Assembly (NCBI GenBank): GCA_050251945.1
Contig: JBFWLW010000008.1
Span: forward strand, 32,001 to 96,000
Length of the DNA: 64,000 nucleotides
Origin: Deferribacterales bacterium
GTDB lineage: Bacteria > Chrysiogenota > Deferribacteres > Deferribacterales > Geovibrionaceae
Direction of reading: 5' to 3'
Below are positions 10,398 through 21,330 of this stretch, piece after piece. Both the position numbers and the translations under genes were made by a program. The notes beneath the pieces are model-generated. The model saw only the letters and a list, made by a program, of their open reading frames with translations, did no database searches and had not been told where the DNA came from. How positions within the stretch are numbered: position 1 is the stretch's first letter; every line of letters starts with the position of its first letter.

Positions 10398-11258
10398 ATG
10401 GATGCGGAACTGATGAACGACCTTTACAATCAGAAACTGACATCCGACGAATTCGGCATCATCCAGACATATATACAAGAAAAATGCGGAATCAGACTGC
10501 CTTTGACCAAAAAAGACATGGTCGAAGGCAGAATCCGCAAACGACTCAAGGCTCTTAGCCTTTCGACATACGGGGACTACATTGCGCTGGTTTTTGACAG
10601 CGCAAACCCCGTGTCCGAAAGAGAACAGCTAAACCTCATCGACACCATCACAACAAATAAGACAGACTTTTTCCGCGAACCGAATCACTTTGAATTTCTT
10701 GCGCAGAAGGTGCTGCCTGAACTGGAAAAACAGGGATACGGCACTGAACGCACTCTGAACGTGTGGAGTTCCGCCTGTTCCACAGGCGAGGAACCATACA
10801 CTCTCGCCATGGTGCTGGCGGAATATTTCGGAATCAAAGGTAACTTTCGGGTATATGCCAGCGACATAAGCTACTCCGTTCTTGAACGTGCAACGAAAGC
10901 AGTTTATACAGAGGAAAAGGCGCTCGGTGTTCCGCATGACCTGAAAAAGAAATATATGCTCCGCTCCAAAGATCAGACCTCCGGTCTGGTGCGTGTCAAA
11001 CCGGAGCTGCGGCAAAAGGTCTCCTTCGGAAGACTGAACCTTATGAACGATAACTATAACCTTCCTGTGGAAATGAACGTAGTTTTCTGCCGGAATGTGA
11101 TAATTTACTTTAATCATCAGACCCAGTATGAGATAATTGGAAAAATATGCCATTATATGCTTAAAGGAGCCTGCCTGTTTCTCGGGCATTCGGAATCCAT
11201 CCACGGGATGGATCTTCCGTTAAGCACGATGGCACCAACTGTCTTTTACAGGATCTGA
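10398..11258 (+). CDS. cheR: Chemotaxis methyltransferase CheR
   Basis: TTNKTDFFRE, WSSACSTGEEPYTLAM, FCRNVIIYF, LGHSES. Confidence 0.96.
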   Translation: MDAELMNDLYNQKLTSDEFGIIQTYIQEKCGIRLPLTKKDMVEGRIRKRLKALSLSTYGDYIALVFDSANPVSEREQLNLIDTITTNKTDFFREPNHFEFLAQKVLPELEKQGYGTERTLNVWSSACSTGEEPYTLAMVLAEYFGIKGNFRVYASDISYSVLERATKAVYTEEKALGVPHDLKKKYMLRSKDQTSGLVRVKPELRQKVSFGRLNLMNDNYNLPVEMNVVFCRNVIIYFNHQTQYEIIGKICHYMLKGACLFLGHSESIHGMDLPLSTMAPTVFYRI

Positions 11259-11260
11259 GA

Positions 11261-11746
11261 ATGATAAACCATGCCGAAAGTCTTTATCTGAAACCGGGAG
11301 AAATATTTTATGCCGATACGCCTATGGTGGTGAACACTGTCCTTGGCTCATGTGTCAGCATAACAATGTATGCCCACAGACTGGGCATAGGCATGATGAG
11401 CCACTGTATGCTCCCCTCCTCCACCGAATCCATAAAGCGGGGCGAGGACATAATGAAATACGTTGACTGCGCTGTATTGTATATGAACAAAACTATGCTT
11501 AACGCAGGTGCAAATAAAAAAGAGATAGAAGTGAAGCTGTTCGGCGGCAGCAATATGTTCTCGGTCTCGGATGAAGATTCGGGCGTGGGCAACAGAAATA
11601 TCACAGCTTCCGTCAGCATATTGAAAAGTTTGGGCTATACTATCATATCCAGCGACACGGGCGGGCAGTTTACCAGAAAGCTTTACTTCTCACTTGATAC
11701 AGGAACTGTTTACCTGAGAAAGATATCAAAAATACAGGGGTTGTAA
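11261..11746 (+). CDS. cheD: Chemoreceptor glutamine deamidase CheD
   Basis: TVLGSCVS, HCMLP, KLFGGSNMF, DTGG. Confidence 0.93.
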   Translation: MINHAESLYLKPGEIFYADTPMVVNTVLGSCVSITMYAHRLGIGMMSHCMLPSSTESIKRGEDIMKYVDCAVLYMNKTMLNAGANKKEIEVKLFGGSNMFSVSDEDSGVGNRNITASVSILKSLGYTIISSDTGGQFTRKLYFSLDTGTVYLRKISKIQGL

Positions 11747-11749
11747 CAT

Positions 11750-12832
11750 ATGCCGGGCGAAAACGGAAAACTCAAAGTTCTGGTTATCGACGATTCAGCG
11801 GTCGTACGGCAGGTTTTAACGGAGATACTGCTGTCCGATCCGTCCATAGAAACTGTTGTTGCATGCAGCGACCCTTTCGCCGCAGCGGAGAGGATGAAAA
11901 CGTTCATTCCGAATGTGATCACACTCGACGTTGAAATGCCGAAGATGGACGGCATCACATTTCTTAAAAAACTTATGTGTCAGCACCCCATTCCCGTGGT
12001 GATGTGTTCCAGCCTTACAGAAGAAAACTCCGCAACTGCGCTGAAAGCTATCGAATGCGGTGCAGTTGATATAATACAAAAGCCGAGATCCGGCACGAAA
12101 GCGTTTCTTGAAGAATCCCGGATAATGGTCTGCGACGCGGTTAAGGCGGCGTCAAAGGTTAAAGTGACGCAGATGTGCAACGTTTTCCACGAGATACCGC
12201 CGAAACTCACCGCTGATGCAGTTCTTGAGGCGCCGAGGGGCAACTCCATGATAAAGACCACCGAAAAAGTGATCCTTGTCGGAGCCTCCACAGGCGGAAC
12301 TGAAGCTCTCAGCGTATTCCTGCAGGGACTTCCGGCAGACAGCCCGGGCGTTGTCATTGTTCAGCATATGCCGGAAAACTTCACCGCATCATTTGCAAAC
12401 AGACTGAACGGTCTCTGCCGGGTCACCGTTAAACAGGCGGACGACAGCGACACCGTTATTCCCGGCAGGGTTCTCATAGCGCCCGGCAACAAGCATTTGC
12501 TTATCAAAAGAAGCGGCGCAAGATATTACGTTGAAGTGAAGGACGGTCCTCTCGTCAGCAGACACAGACCGTCGGTGGACGTGCTTTTCCGAAGCGGTGC
12601 CAGATACGTCGGAAAGAACGCGATAGGTGTCATACTCACCGGCATGGGGGACGACGGCGCGAAGGGCATGAAGGAAATGAAAGATGCGGGGGCATTTAAC
12701 ATAGCACAGGATGAAAGAACCAGCGTCGTTTTCGGCATGCCTAAAATGGCGATAGAGGCGGGAGCAGCCGACATTGTTCTGCCGCTGGAAACCATCTCAT
12801 CCGCCGTAATGAAACACTGCATAACAGGATAA
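11750..12832 (+). CDS. cheB: Chemotaxis methylesterase CheB (REC plus esterase)
   Basis: [29 protein letters not shown]. Confidence 0.97.
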   Translation: MPGENGKLKVLVIDDSAVVRQVLTEILLSDPSIETVVACSDPFAAAERMKTFIPNVITLDVEMPKMDGITFLKKLMCQHPIPVVMCSSLTEENSATALKAIECGAVDIIQKPRSGTKAFLEESRIMVCDAVKAASKVKVTQMCNVFHEIPPKLTADAVLEAPRGNSMIKTTEKVILVGASTGGTEALSVFLQGLPADSPGVVIVQHMPENFTASFANRLNGLCRVTVKQADDSDTVIPGRVLIAPGNKHLLIKRSGARYYVEVKDGPLVSRHRPSVDVLFRSGARYVGKNAIGVILTGMGDDGAKGMKEMKDAGAFNIAQDERTSVVFGMPKMAIEAGAADIVLPLETISSAVMKHCITG

Positions 12833-12836
12833 TAAC

Positions 12837-15191
12837 ATGTTCCATCTGCTCAACGACTCGGTGACAGTGATAATAGCGGCGATAACGCTTTCGTTCACTT
12901 TTCTGTTCATCTATTATTCCGAGGGCAAACACTATCTGCTGCTTTGGAGCATAGGGTGGGGCGTCAACTCCATATCGGTGCTTTTCCGCGCACTCCCCAT
13001 GATAGCCCCCGGTATAGATGACTTCATATTAATATCAATGGTGCTGAACTATATAAGCAGTATATTCATCGGGCTTGGCGTATATCATTTCGTCTACGGA
13101 AAAGGACCGTCGGTAAAACTCGTGTCCATGCTGATACCTCTCACCCTATTCCCCGGTCTGGCACGTCTTGATAATCCTGAAAACGCTTTTGTGGCTATAG
13201 TCTACACCTTCGCAGGCTCCGTATTCCTCCTTTCGGGACTGGTTCTCATCAGAAAAATAAAAGGCATAGGAAGCCGCGTGGCAGGCATGTCGTTCATCGC
13301 GTGGAGCATCATGATGTTCACTGTCATAATAACCCACAGGAATGTTGAAACGGCATACGAAAATATGCAGATTACTGTATTTCTCACACTGGTTTCCGCT
13401 CTCGGCATAGTCATGATGCACTTTGAAAAGATGCGGTCGGAACTTGACAGTACAAATATGATACTGAAACAGCTCACGGAAACCAATAAAGACATGGTAT
13501 TTTCAATAAAACTGAAACCGAAGCCTTTTGTTGAATACATAAGCATGTCATGCATAAAGCTGACCGGTTATTCTCCGGAAGAGATCATAGGCAGTCCGGC
13601 TTTTCTTGAAAAGATAATGGACAGCGAAAGGATAAGCATTTTAAACAAACTGGCAAACGGTCAGGATGTCAAAAAATACATACACGACGCCTCCACTATC
13701 AAGGCTAAGAACGGTGCCGTGCTTACGTTCGACCTGAACCAGACGATAATCTACGGACTGGACGGAAAACCGGAAAGCGTTATAGGCATTGCACGGGACG
13801 TCACTGAAAAAGCCATGGAAATGGACAGGCTCGCATCGGAAAAAACATGGTACGAACTTATTTTCAAACGATCCAACATCATGACGATGCTTGTGGACAG
13901 CGGCACCATGACCGTAATTGACACCAATTATGCGATGACAAGCTTCTACTGTTACCCGCAGGACGGTATGCAGGGGATGCATATAAGAAAAATGTTCTTT
14001 AACGAAGAGGATTATCTCGATTTCCTGAACAGTGCCGACGAAGGCGCACCCTTCCACTGCGAAAACGTTCTGGCAGACGGAACCAGAATACACGTCACGA
14101 TGCATGCGTCTTTCCTGAAATTCGACAATAAAAACTACATTTTCGTAACCATTCTGGACAAGACCAGCGAAAACTTCCTCGCATACGAACTTTCCAACAT
14201 ACGCGACCTTCACAGGTCTATTCTGGAATCTTTGAACGAAGGGGTCATAGGAATTAATCAGGACGGAACTATTTTCTTCATAAACAACTCGGCAGCGGAA
14301 AAGCTCGGATACCAACCGGACGAACTTATATACAAGGATCATCACAGCACCATACATTACAAAAACACTGACGGCGTACTGACCGATTCCAACTGCGAAA
14401 TACTCTCCTGCCTCCGTAAAGGCGGTTCCGTGAGGAACAAACGGGAGCATTTAGTACATAAGAGCGGGCATGTCATTCCGGTGGTTTTCAATTTCAGTAC
14501 TCTGAAGAATGAGGGCAACATAAACATGGGTGTGCTCATCTTCCGCGATATCACGGAGGAACTGAACGCAGAGGAGCTGATACTTAGCTCTCTGGAAGAG
14601 AACAAAGTGCTGCTGAAAGAACTCCACCACAGGGTCAAGAACAACTTCCAGATGATATGCAGTCTGCTCTCGCTACATGCTGAGGAGCTGGGAGATTCAC
14701 CGGAAAAAGACTTCATAAACGAATGTGTACTCAAGATACTCTCTATGTCGCTCACCCACGAGCTTCTTTTCGAGACAAACAGCTTCTCGAAGCTGGGCGC
14801 AAAACTGTACTTTGAAAAAATGCTCGACAACCTTCTGCGCGCCAGCAACAATACCGGTGAAATATCCCTGATAACCGACATTCAGGATATAAGTCTTATA
14901 CTTGACGAGGCTGTACCCTGCGCACTGATAATAAATGAGCTGTTCACAAATTCAGTCAAATACGCAAAGACCGACCACAAAAAACTGGAGCTGTTCATAC
15001 GGTTTTATGAAGAAAAAGGCGAAAAAATACTGATATTCTGCGACAACGGAACCGGTATCGACGGTATTGAGGATTTCGGCAAAGAAACTTCATACGGTCT
15101 TATGATAATCAAGTCGCTCACACGTCAGGTGAAAGGTTCGATTATGTTTGAAAACAGGGGAGGTCTTCAAGTCACCCTCCGGTATAAATAA
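12837..15191 (+). CDS. Membrane sensor histidine kinase (multi-TM, PAS repeats, HisKA_2 type)
   Basis: About 7 N-terminal TM segments, PAS repeats, ELHHRVKNNFQ H-box, INELFTNSVKYA, DNGTG. Confidence 0.9.
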   Translation: MFHLLNDSVTVIIAAITLSFTFLFIYYSEGKHYLLLWSIGWGVNSISVLFRALPMIAPGIDDFILISMVLNYISSIFIGLGVYHFVYGKGPSVKLVSMLIPLTLFPGLARLDNPENAFVAIVYTFAGSVFLLSGLVLIRKIKGIGSRVAGMSFIAWSIMMFTVIITHRNVETAYENMQITVFLTLVSALGIVMMHFEKMRSELDSTNMILKQLTETNKDMVFSIKLKPKPFVEYISMSCIKLTGYSPEEIIGSPAFLEKIMDSERISILNKLANGQDVKKYIHDASTIKAKNGAVLTFDLNQTIIYGLDGKPESVIGIARDVTEKAMEMDRLASEKTWYELIFKRSNIMTMLVDSGTMTVIDTNYAMTSFYCYPQDGMQGMHIRKMFFNEEDYLDFLNSADEGAPFHCENVLADGTRIHVTMHASFLKFDNKNYIFVTILDKTSENFLAYELSNIRDLHRSILESLNEGVIGINQDGTIFFINNSAAEKLGYQPDELIYKDHHSTIHYKNTDGVLTDSNCEILSCLRKGGSVRNKREHLVHKSGHVIPVVFNFSTLKNEGNINMGVLIFRDITEELNAEELILSSLEENKVLLKELHHRVKNNFQMICSLLSLHAEELGDSPEKDFINECVLKILSMSLTHELLFETNSFSKLGAKLYFEKMLDNLLRASNNTGEISLITDIQDISLILDEAVPCALIINELFTNSVKYAKTDHKKLELFIRFYEEKGEKILIFCDNGTGIDGIEDFGKETSYGLMIIKSLTRQVKGSIMFENRGGLQVTLRYK

Positions 15192-15200
15192 GAAAAGGTC

Positions 15201-15273
15201 AGATCGCCGCGCTCCTCGCGAAGACGCAAATTGCTGTCTCTGCGAGGAAGCTTTCAGGCTGACGCGGCAGTCT
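15201..15273. repeat. Paired REP-like palindromic element, copy A
   Basis: Inverted arms agatcgc...cgaagac / gtctctgcg...gcagtct between convergent genes; family seen 6 times in the window. Confidence 0.85.
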
Positions 15274-15310
15274 CATTATATTTTAATAAGTTTATCAACA
15301 ACCAAAGCTT

Positions 15311-16552
15311 TTAAGAAACCTTTTCCTGCCTGTATCCGAAAAGATCCTCAAGCTGATTTAAAAATCTTGTACATTGAAAATAATCGCCCGCTTTGATACC
15401 GGTGGGGTATTCTTTGTCGGCTTTGACCTTTATGTCGCTTGTGACACAAACCCTGCCGCCCCTTGCATATGAACAGTCCCCTTTGCCGCAAAGCATACGC
15501 ACGGATGCCGCGCTTCCCTGCGCTCCCCATATAACAGGCTTAAATCTGCATATCTGTCTGAGTCTGCGCGCCATCTCAAGCCCTTTGAATCTGCTTTCCG
15601 CCAGAAACAGTCTGCCAAGGCGTGAAACTGCCGCATCGTCGGCATATCCGGCATCTGCCAGATAATTCATGGATATATGCGCGTCGCCGGACGAAAGGGT
15701 CTTTCCGCCTTTTTCGAGAAGTTTTATAAAAATATGGGCAGTTACAATACTTTTAACGACAGTGTTCTCTGTGTTTGCGGAACCGAAAACAGGCAGAGGA
15801 ATCGGGTTTGAACATATCTCAAGCGCCCTTTTCAATTCATCATCCTTTGCACACACGGAAAGATGTCCCCTGCCGTGTTTCAGCAGTGAATGAAAAATAA
15901 GCGATGCGTTCATAAGTTTTTGTATAGGAGCGGAGTCAGATTTGAGAACAGATACGGACCTCTGCATATTCAGTATCATACTTCCCGTAACTACCGCCAT
16001 TGCCGCCGCATCCTCAAGCAGAGAAGGACTGTTCTGAAGGTCAAGAAGTATCCTCATCCCGTCGCGGACACCCGCAGTTGATGAAAAAAGTTTGAGGAAA
16101 GATGTGTTCACAAGCCCTTCAAAGCGCCTGTCCTTCTGCATCAGCTTTGACGCGAAGATTCCGAAAACCGGATGTTTCTGCGCGGCACCCACCACTACGT
16201 CAGAGACCCTTTTGGCTATATAGTGTCTCGAACCTGTGATTGCCGTGTCCTTGATCTCGATCACGATGGGAGATGTAGCAAAATTTTCATCCGCTCTGTG
16301 CAGACCCAGCAAAAGAGAAATATGCTTAAAAAGCGGGCGGGAACTGTCCAGTATCTTTATCTTTCCCCGCGCATCGGTGAGCGTTTCAGCGAGAACTGTA
16401 TCAGTGGAATACATCTCTCTCCCGAATGAACGAAGAAGTGATGAAACAGATTCAACTCCTTCGCTGCGAAGCTTCTCACGAATAACAGATTCCCTTATAC
16501 CGGTTGTGGCAGAAAAATAATCGAAAATGTTTGAATATGTCAGCGTTTCCAT
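15311..16552 (-). CDS. Hypothetical protein (~413 aa) with Cys-containing C-terminus
   Basis: Long ORF; start METLTY preceded by GGAG; no family recognised. Confidence 0.7.
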   Translation of the reverse strand: METLTYSNIFDYFSATTGIRESVIREKLRSEGVESVSSLLRSFGREMYSTDTVLAETLTDARGKIKILDSSRPLFKHISLLLGLHRADENFATSPIVIEIKDTAITGSRHYIAKRVSDVVVGAAQKHPVFGIFASKLMQKDRRFEGLVNTSFLKLFSSTAGVRDGMRILLDLQNSPSLLEDAAAMAVVTGSMILNMQRSVSVLKSDSAPIQKLMNASLIFHSLLKHGRGHLSVCAKDDELKRALEICSNPIPLPVFGSANTENTVVKSIVTAHIFIKLLEKGGKTLSSGDAHISMNYLADAGYADDAAVSRLGRLFLAESRFKGLEMARRLRQICRFKPVIWGAQGSAASVRMLCGKGDCSYARGGRVCVTSDIKVKADKEYPTGIKAGDYFQCTRFLNQLEDLFGYRQEKVS

Positions 16553-16867
16553 AATAATACTCCGTCTCTCTTGTGTATACGTCATAATATGTGAAATACC
16601 TGAAAAAAAGCCAGATAAATTATGTAAATTTTTGTTGCAAAAGAATTAAGACATAATTAATCTTATAAATAATGTATCGGTTAACAGAATGATATTTCAG
16701 AAAAATACACATTAAGCATATGTTTAACTTGGCAAACTTTTTACATAAAAAAAATTTAAAATCCACCGTCAAAGGAACCTGTCTGCGGCATATTTCGGTA
16801 GATTTTAAACTTTGTAAAGTGTAAAATCATCCATATATTATCTTCAAAACTGAAGGGGAGCTTCAAT

Positions 16868-19771
16868 ATGCTCAGATTATTATTTTCGACACTATTGGCT
16901 GCCGCTTCAATCTTTTCATCTCTGCCCGACGCATGGGCAAAACCGATGTTTACTCAGCAGGAACAGGAATATATAGAAAAAAATAAAGCTGTAATCGTCG
17001 GCGTTGTGAACGACAACGAACCCTACTCCTTTTTCCGTGACGGCGCCGAAAAGGGCTTTTCGGTTGATTTTCTGCACATGATGGAGAAGGAATCGGGACT
17101 GAAATTCAAAATACGCATGGGCAACTGGACGGACATATACAACGCATTCCTCGCCGGACAGATAGATGTCATAGACGAGATATCATACACGAAAGAACGC
17201 GCGGAAAAGATACTCTTCACGGAGCCGTATCACTACAGAAGGACGGTTTTTTTCAAACGTGCTGACGACAGCCGCTTCACGGCACTCTCCCCGCAGGATC
17301 TCAAAGGCAGAAAAATAGGTGTTATCAAAGATATATTTTATCTTCCGGTACTCCGCGAAGCAGGTCTGCATATAGTCGAATATACGAGCTATGCCGACCA
17401 GATGAAGGCTCTCGCCTTCGGCTGGGTGGACGCTGTTGTATTGAGCGATCTTTCAGGCAGATTTATCGCGAGGGAAGTCGGGCTGCCGAACGTTCAGGCG
17501 GTGGGCAATGCCGGCATTAACAAGCTTAAGGACGAGGATTTCAGACTGGGTGTACAAAAAGGAAACCCCGTACTTTTCTCTGTAATTGACAAGACGCTGA
17601 ATTCCATTCCCAAATCCGGGATATCCGATCTGGAAAAGTGCTGGGCAACTTTCAGCGGCAGAGAGATAACAAAGCCGGACAAAATAAAGCTCACGCATGA
17701 AGAGGAAAGCTTCATAAGGTCACATCCCGCTTTTTCTGTGGGTATTATGCCCGACTATTCACCGTTCAGCTTCGTTTCAAACGGCGAGGTCACGGGATAC
17801 ACCCGCTCCCTTCTGGATATCATCAGCAGACAGACAGGCATAACCTTCCTCTATTCCGTAAACAACTGGTCGGCTCTTCTGCATAATTTCGGCAACGGGA
17901 AACTGGACGTTATCGCCGACATAACATACACAAAAGAAAGAACAAAATACACGCTTTTCACCGATGAGTATTTCAGGGTTCCCAACGTTATCTTCGTTCG
18001 GGACGATTTCGGCAGATACGAAGGAATAAATTCACTGAAAAACAAGCGCGTAGGGATAATGTCGGATATTTTCTATGAAAAAAACCTGAACGAGCTGCTT
18101 GAAAAACCTGCAAAGAAATATCTTTCTCAGGACGAGATGATGCGGGATCTCGCATTCGGAAATCTGGATGCGGTGATAACCGCCATCAACGCAGGAAACA
18201 ACGTCATAAAAAAATATACGCTGGTAAATCTGAAAATAGCCGAAGCTTTCAGAACTCAGGAAATAAACATGGAAGATCTGCGCTTCGGAGTAAACCCGAA
18301 GTATCCGCTTCTGTACTCCGTAATGAAAAAAGCAATGTTAAGCATCGAACCCGAAGAGAAATTACAGCTTGAAAACCAGTGGCTGACCGCCAAAGCACCG
18401 GAAACGGAAAACCCGCGCAATCTTTTCACCGAAGACGAGATACGTTATCTGAAAGATAAAAAAGTGATCCGCATGTGTGTCGATCCCGACTGGATGCCTT
18501 TTGAACAGCTTAAGAACGGGAAGAAGCATATGGGTATAGCTGCGGACTTCTTCGCACTGATACGCCCGAAGCTCCCTGCAAAACTGGTTATAGTTCCCAC
18601 TGCATCGTGGGAAGAAACACTGCTGGCGGTTAAAAGCCGTAAGTGCGACATCCTCTCCCTCGCCATGCAAACCGAAGAGCGAAGCAAGTATCTCAATTTC
18701 ACAAAACCTTATCTCATAGTACCCAACGTAATAGCCACGTCGGTTAACGAACCCTTCATAGACGGATTAGAAAGCGTGATGGACAGGAAATTCGGGTCTG
18801 TCAAAGGTTATGCGATAACTGAACTGCTGAAACAGCAGTACCCTGAGCTTAAGCTTGTGGAGGTCAGCAACGACGAAGAGGGCATCCGCATGCTCCAGCA
18901 GGGCAGAATATACGGCTATATCGGCACAATGCCATCCATAGGCTACCAGCTGGGTCAGCAGAAGATAACAGATATAAAGATATCGGCAAGGCTGCCACGC
19001 GACTGGGAGATGGGCGTTGCCGCCAGGAACGACGAACCCCGGCTTGCCGTCATATTCCAGAAGCTGATAAACACAGTCAGCGAAGCGGAAAAGAATAAAA
19101 TACTCGGCAACTGGCTCAGCATCCGTTACGATCAGCGTATAAATTATGCCCTTCTTACCCGTATCGCGCTGATCGCGGCACTGTTCATTGCCGTCATGCT
19201 CTATTGGAGCACAAAGCTTAAGCGCGTTAACACAAAGCTCACCGAGGCAAACATAAAATTACAGGAATTAAGCGAAAAAGACAGTCTGACGGGACTTTAC
19301 AACCGCAGATACTTTTCGTCGAACGCCGTTCAGGTGTTCGGCACCTGCCGCAGAGAGGGCGTGCGGTTCTCTATGGCAATACTTGACCTCGACCACTTCA
19401 AAAGAATCAACGATACATACGGACACGTCGCAGGGGATATATGTCTCCAGCGCGCGGCGGACGTTATAAAGAGCCATTTCCAGCGGGATAACGATACGGC
19501 TGCAAGATACGGCGGAGAGGAATTTGCCATGTACACTACGGGCGGTGAAGAAACGTCACTCACAACACATATGGAAACTCTCAGAAAGGACATTGAAACC
19601 ATCCGTGTGAATGTTGAAGGAAAAAGCATCAGCATGACCGTCAGCATAGGTGTTTTCAGCCTGATGCCGGACAGCGGCGACACTCTCGACGACGTTGTGA
19701 GAAAGGCGGACGATGCACTCTACAAAGCCAAAGAGAACGGCAGAAACCGCGTTGAAACCTATTCCGGCTGA
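16868..19771 (+). CDS. Diguanylate cyclase with three periplasmic solute-binding (family 3-like) domains
   Basis: Signal peptide, three PBP repeats (PYSF, PFSF, WMPF), TM, DSLTGLYNRR, DLDHFKRIND, RYGGEEF. Confidence 0.93.
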   Translation: MLRLLFSTLLAAASIFSSLPDAWAKPMFTQQEQEYIEKNKAVIVGVVNDNEPYSFFRDGAEKGFSVDFLHMMEKESGLKFKIRMGNWTDIYNAFLAGQIDVIDEISYTKERAEKILFTEPYHYRRTVFFKRADDSRFTALSPQDLKGRKIGVIKDIFYLPVLREAGLHIVEYTSYADQMKALAFGWVDAVVLSDLSGRFIAREVGLPNVQAVGNAGINKLKDEDFRLGVQKGNPVLFSVIDKTLNSIPKSGISDLEKCWATFSGREITKPDKIKLTHEEESFIRSHPAFSVGIMPDYSPFSFVSNGEVTGYTRSLLDIISRQTGITFLYSVNNWSALLHNFGNGKLDVIADITYTKERTKYTLFTDEYFRVPNVIFVRDDFGRYEGINSLKNKRVGIMSDIFYEKNLNELLEKPAKKYLSQDEMMRDLAFGNLDAVITAINAGNNVIKKYTLVNLKIAEAFRTQEINMEDLRFGVNPKYPLLYSVMKKAMLSIEPEEKLQLENQWLTAKAPETENPRNLFTEDEIRYLKDKKVIRMCVDPDWMPFEQLKNGKKHMGIAADFFALIRPKLPAKLVIVPTASWEETLLAVKSRKCDILSLAMQTEERSKYLNFTKPYLIVPNVIATSVNEPFIDGLESVMDRKFGSVKGYAITELLKQQYPELKLVEVSNDEEGIRMLQQGRIYGYIGTMPSIGYQLGQQKITDIKISARLPRDWEMGVAARNDEPRLAVIFQKLINTVSEAEKNKILGNWLSIRYDQRINYALLTRIALIAALFIAVMLYWSTKLKRVNTKLTEANIKLQELSEKDSLTGLYNRRYFSSNAVQVFGTCRREGVRFSMAILDLDHFKRINDTYGHVAGDICLQRAADVIKSHFQRDNDTAARYGGEEFAMYTTGGEETSLTTHMETLRKDIETIRVNVEGKSISMTVSIGVFSLMPDSGDTLDDVVRKADDALYKAKENGRNRVETYSG

Positions 19772-21120
19772 TCTGCGGATATCACCCTGTTGCGGCCGCT
19801 TCCTTTCGCAGCGTACAATCTGTCGTCAGCTTTTCTTAAAAGCCCGTCAAGGTTTGTTATGCCTTCGCCGACACCGGTGACACCGATACTCACAGTACAG
19901 CTTATCCTTTCCCCATGGTGTTCCGTAACCGCGAATTCTATACTCCGCCTTATCCTTTCGGAAATATCCACGGCATCCTTCAGACTTGCGTTCGGCAGAA
20001 GGATAACGAATTCCTCACCGCCGATGCGTGCGAAGATATCGTCTTTGCGAAGATGTTTCGCGACAGTGGCTGCGACCATTACAAGGACTTTGTCACCCAC
20101 GGAGTGACCGTATCTGTCGTTTATCTTTTTGAAAAAATCTATATCAAACATGGCTGCGGCAAGCTCCGAACCGTCTTTTCTGCTTTTGGCTATCAGCTGA
20201 GCCCCCTTGTCCTCGAAATAGCGTCTGTTGTAAAGACCTGTCAGCGGATCGGTGGTGGCTAGCATTTTAAGCACTTTGTTGGCGTTCTTAAGCTGAACCT
20301 CAATCTCGTGCTTGGATGTCATGTCGCAAAAGGCTATGACAACACCGCTGACCTTTTCACCATCCTTTATGGGGGTTGCAATGGCACGCACGGGGAATTT
20401 TTCACCGTTCTTTTTAAACAGCCATGTTATCTCATCCGCGCGGGTATTTTTTGACAGCGAGCGGTGGATTATGCAGTCACTCTTTTCATAGATGCTTCCG
20501 TCCTCATGGTGGTGGTGAAACAGAGCGTGGGTCTCTTTGCCTATGACCTCGTGCTCTTCATAGCCGAGGATATGCAGTGCCTCATGGTTTATAAATGTGC
20601 AGTTGCCGTTAAGATCCACACCGTAAAGCCCTTCGCCGATGCTGTTAAAAATAAGCTCCCGCTCTTTCAGACGCTCCATCTCATATATTTCCCTGCGCAG
20701 GTCCTCCTCCGCCTGAACAAGCCGCGTAACGTCTATAACAAGAACCGTCACACCGATTATGTTCCCGTCCTTATAAACAGGCTGATATCTGTCTTCCCAG
20801 AACCTCCCGCCGTAAACCTCTCTTTCGGTGAAACATCCGCCGGAAAGCGCTCTTTCAAAATTACTCTTTGCCCGCTCCTTTTCGTTTGGTACCGAAATAT
20901 AATCCAGTATGCAGGTGCCAAGTTCGATATCGCAGTTCCAAATGGCTTTCATGGCATTCTTGTGACTGAGGGAAAAGGACGTGTACCTGTAATCCCTGTC
21001 CAGCGCGAAGATTATAACCCCGTCGGGATCGGTCATCAGCGAGCGGAACAACAGAATATCGTTGTCTGATACTGTAAAGCCGGTATTGTTTTTTGGTGTG
21101 GCTCCGCCGCTGGTTTTCAT
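19759..21120 (-). CDS. PAS-PAS diguanylate cyclase
   Basis: PAS domains, DPLTGLYNRR, DIDFFKKIND, RKDD I-site, RIGGEEF; start MKTSGG after GAGGTG; 3' end overlaps the opposing DGC by 13 nt. Confidence 0.93.
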   Translation of the reverse strand: MKTSGGATPKNNTGFTVSDNDILLFRSLMTDPDGVIIFALDRDYRYTSFSLSHKNAMKAIWNCDIELGTCILDYISVPNEKERAKSNFERALSGGCFTEREVYGGRFWEDRYQPVYKDGNIIGVTVLVIDVTRLVQAEEDLRREIYEMERLKERELIFNSIGEGLYGVDLNGNCTFINHEALHILGYEEHEVIGKETHALFHHHHEDGSIYEKSDCIIHRSLSKNTRADEITWLFKKNGEKFPVRAIATPIKDGEKVSGVVIAFCDMTSKHEIEVQLKNANKVLKMLATTDPLTGLYNRRYFEDKGAQLIAKSRKDGSELAAAMFDIDFFKKINDRYGHSVGDKVLVMVAATVAKHLRKDDIFARIGGEEFVILLPNASLKDAVDISERIRRSIEFAVTEHHGERISCTVSIGVTGVGEGITNLDGLLRKADDRLYAAKGSGRNRVISADQPE

Positions 21121-21330
21121 AACACACCTCAATGAGATAAAAATAGTCTGCTTGTTAATTAATATTATACTTGCACAAAAATTAATCAAGCTGTCATGAG
21201 TTTAAAATTTAACAAAGAGGTATTTTTCACATTATGCTTTCACAGGATCGTGCAAAGAATTTGCATAAACCGCACTTACAATATTTAAGTCTTTGACTAT
21301 ATTCTCTATTCAGATAACACGGAGGGATGC

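Noticed and set aside
16728..16820. Possible c-di-GMP-I (GEMM) riboswitch upstream of the DGC (GGCAAAC present)
   Set aside because: No GNRA-capped P2 stem and no following GACGCAAA motif
21251..21265. Palindrome TGCAAA-GAA-TTTGCA upstream of the ADH
   Set aside because: Single short site in AT-rich DNA with no assignable regulator; could arise by chance
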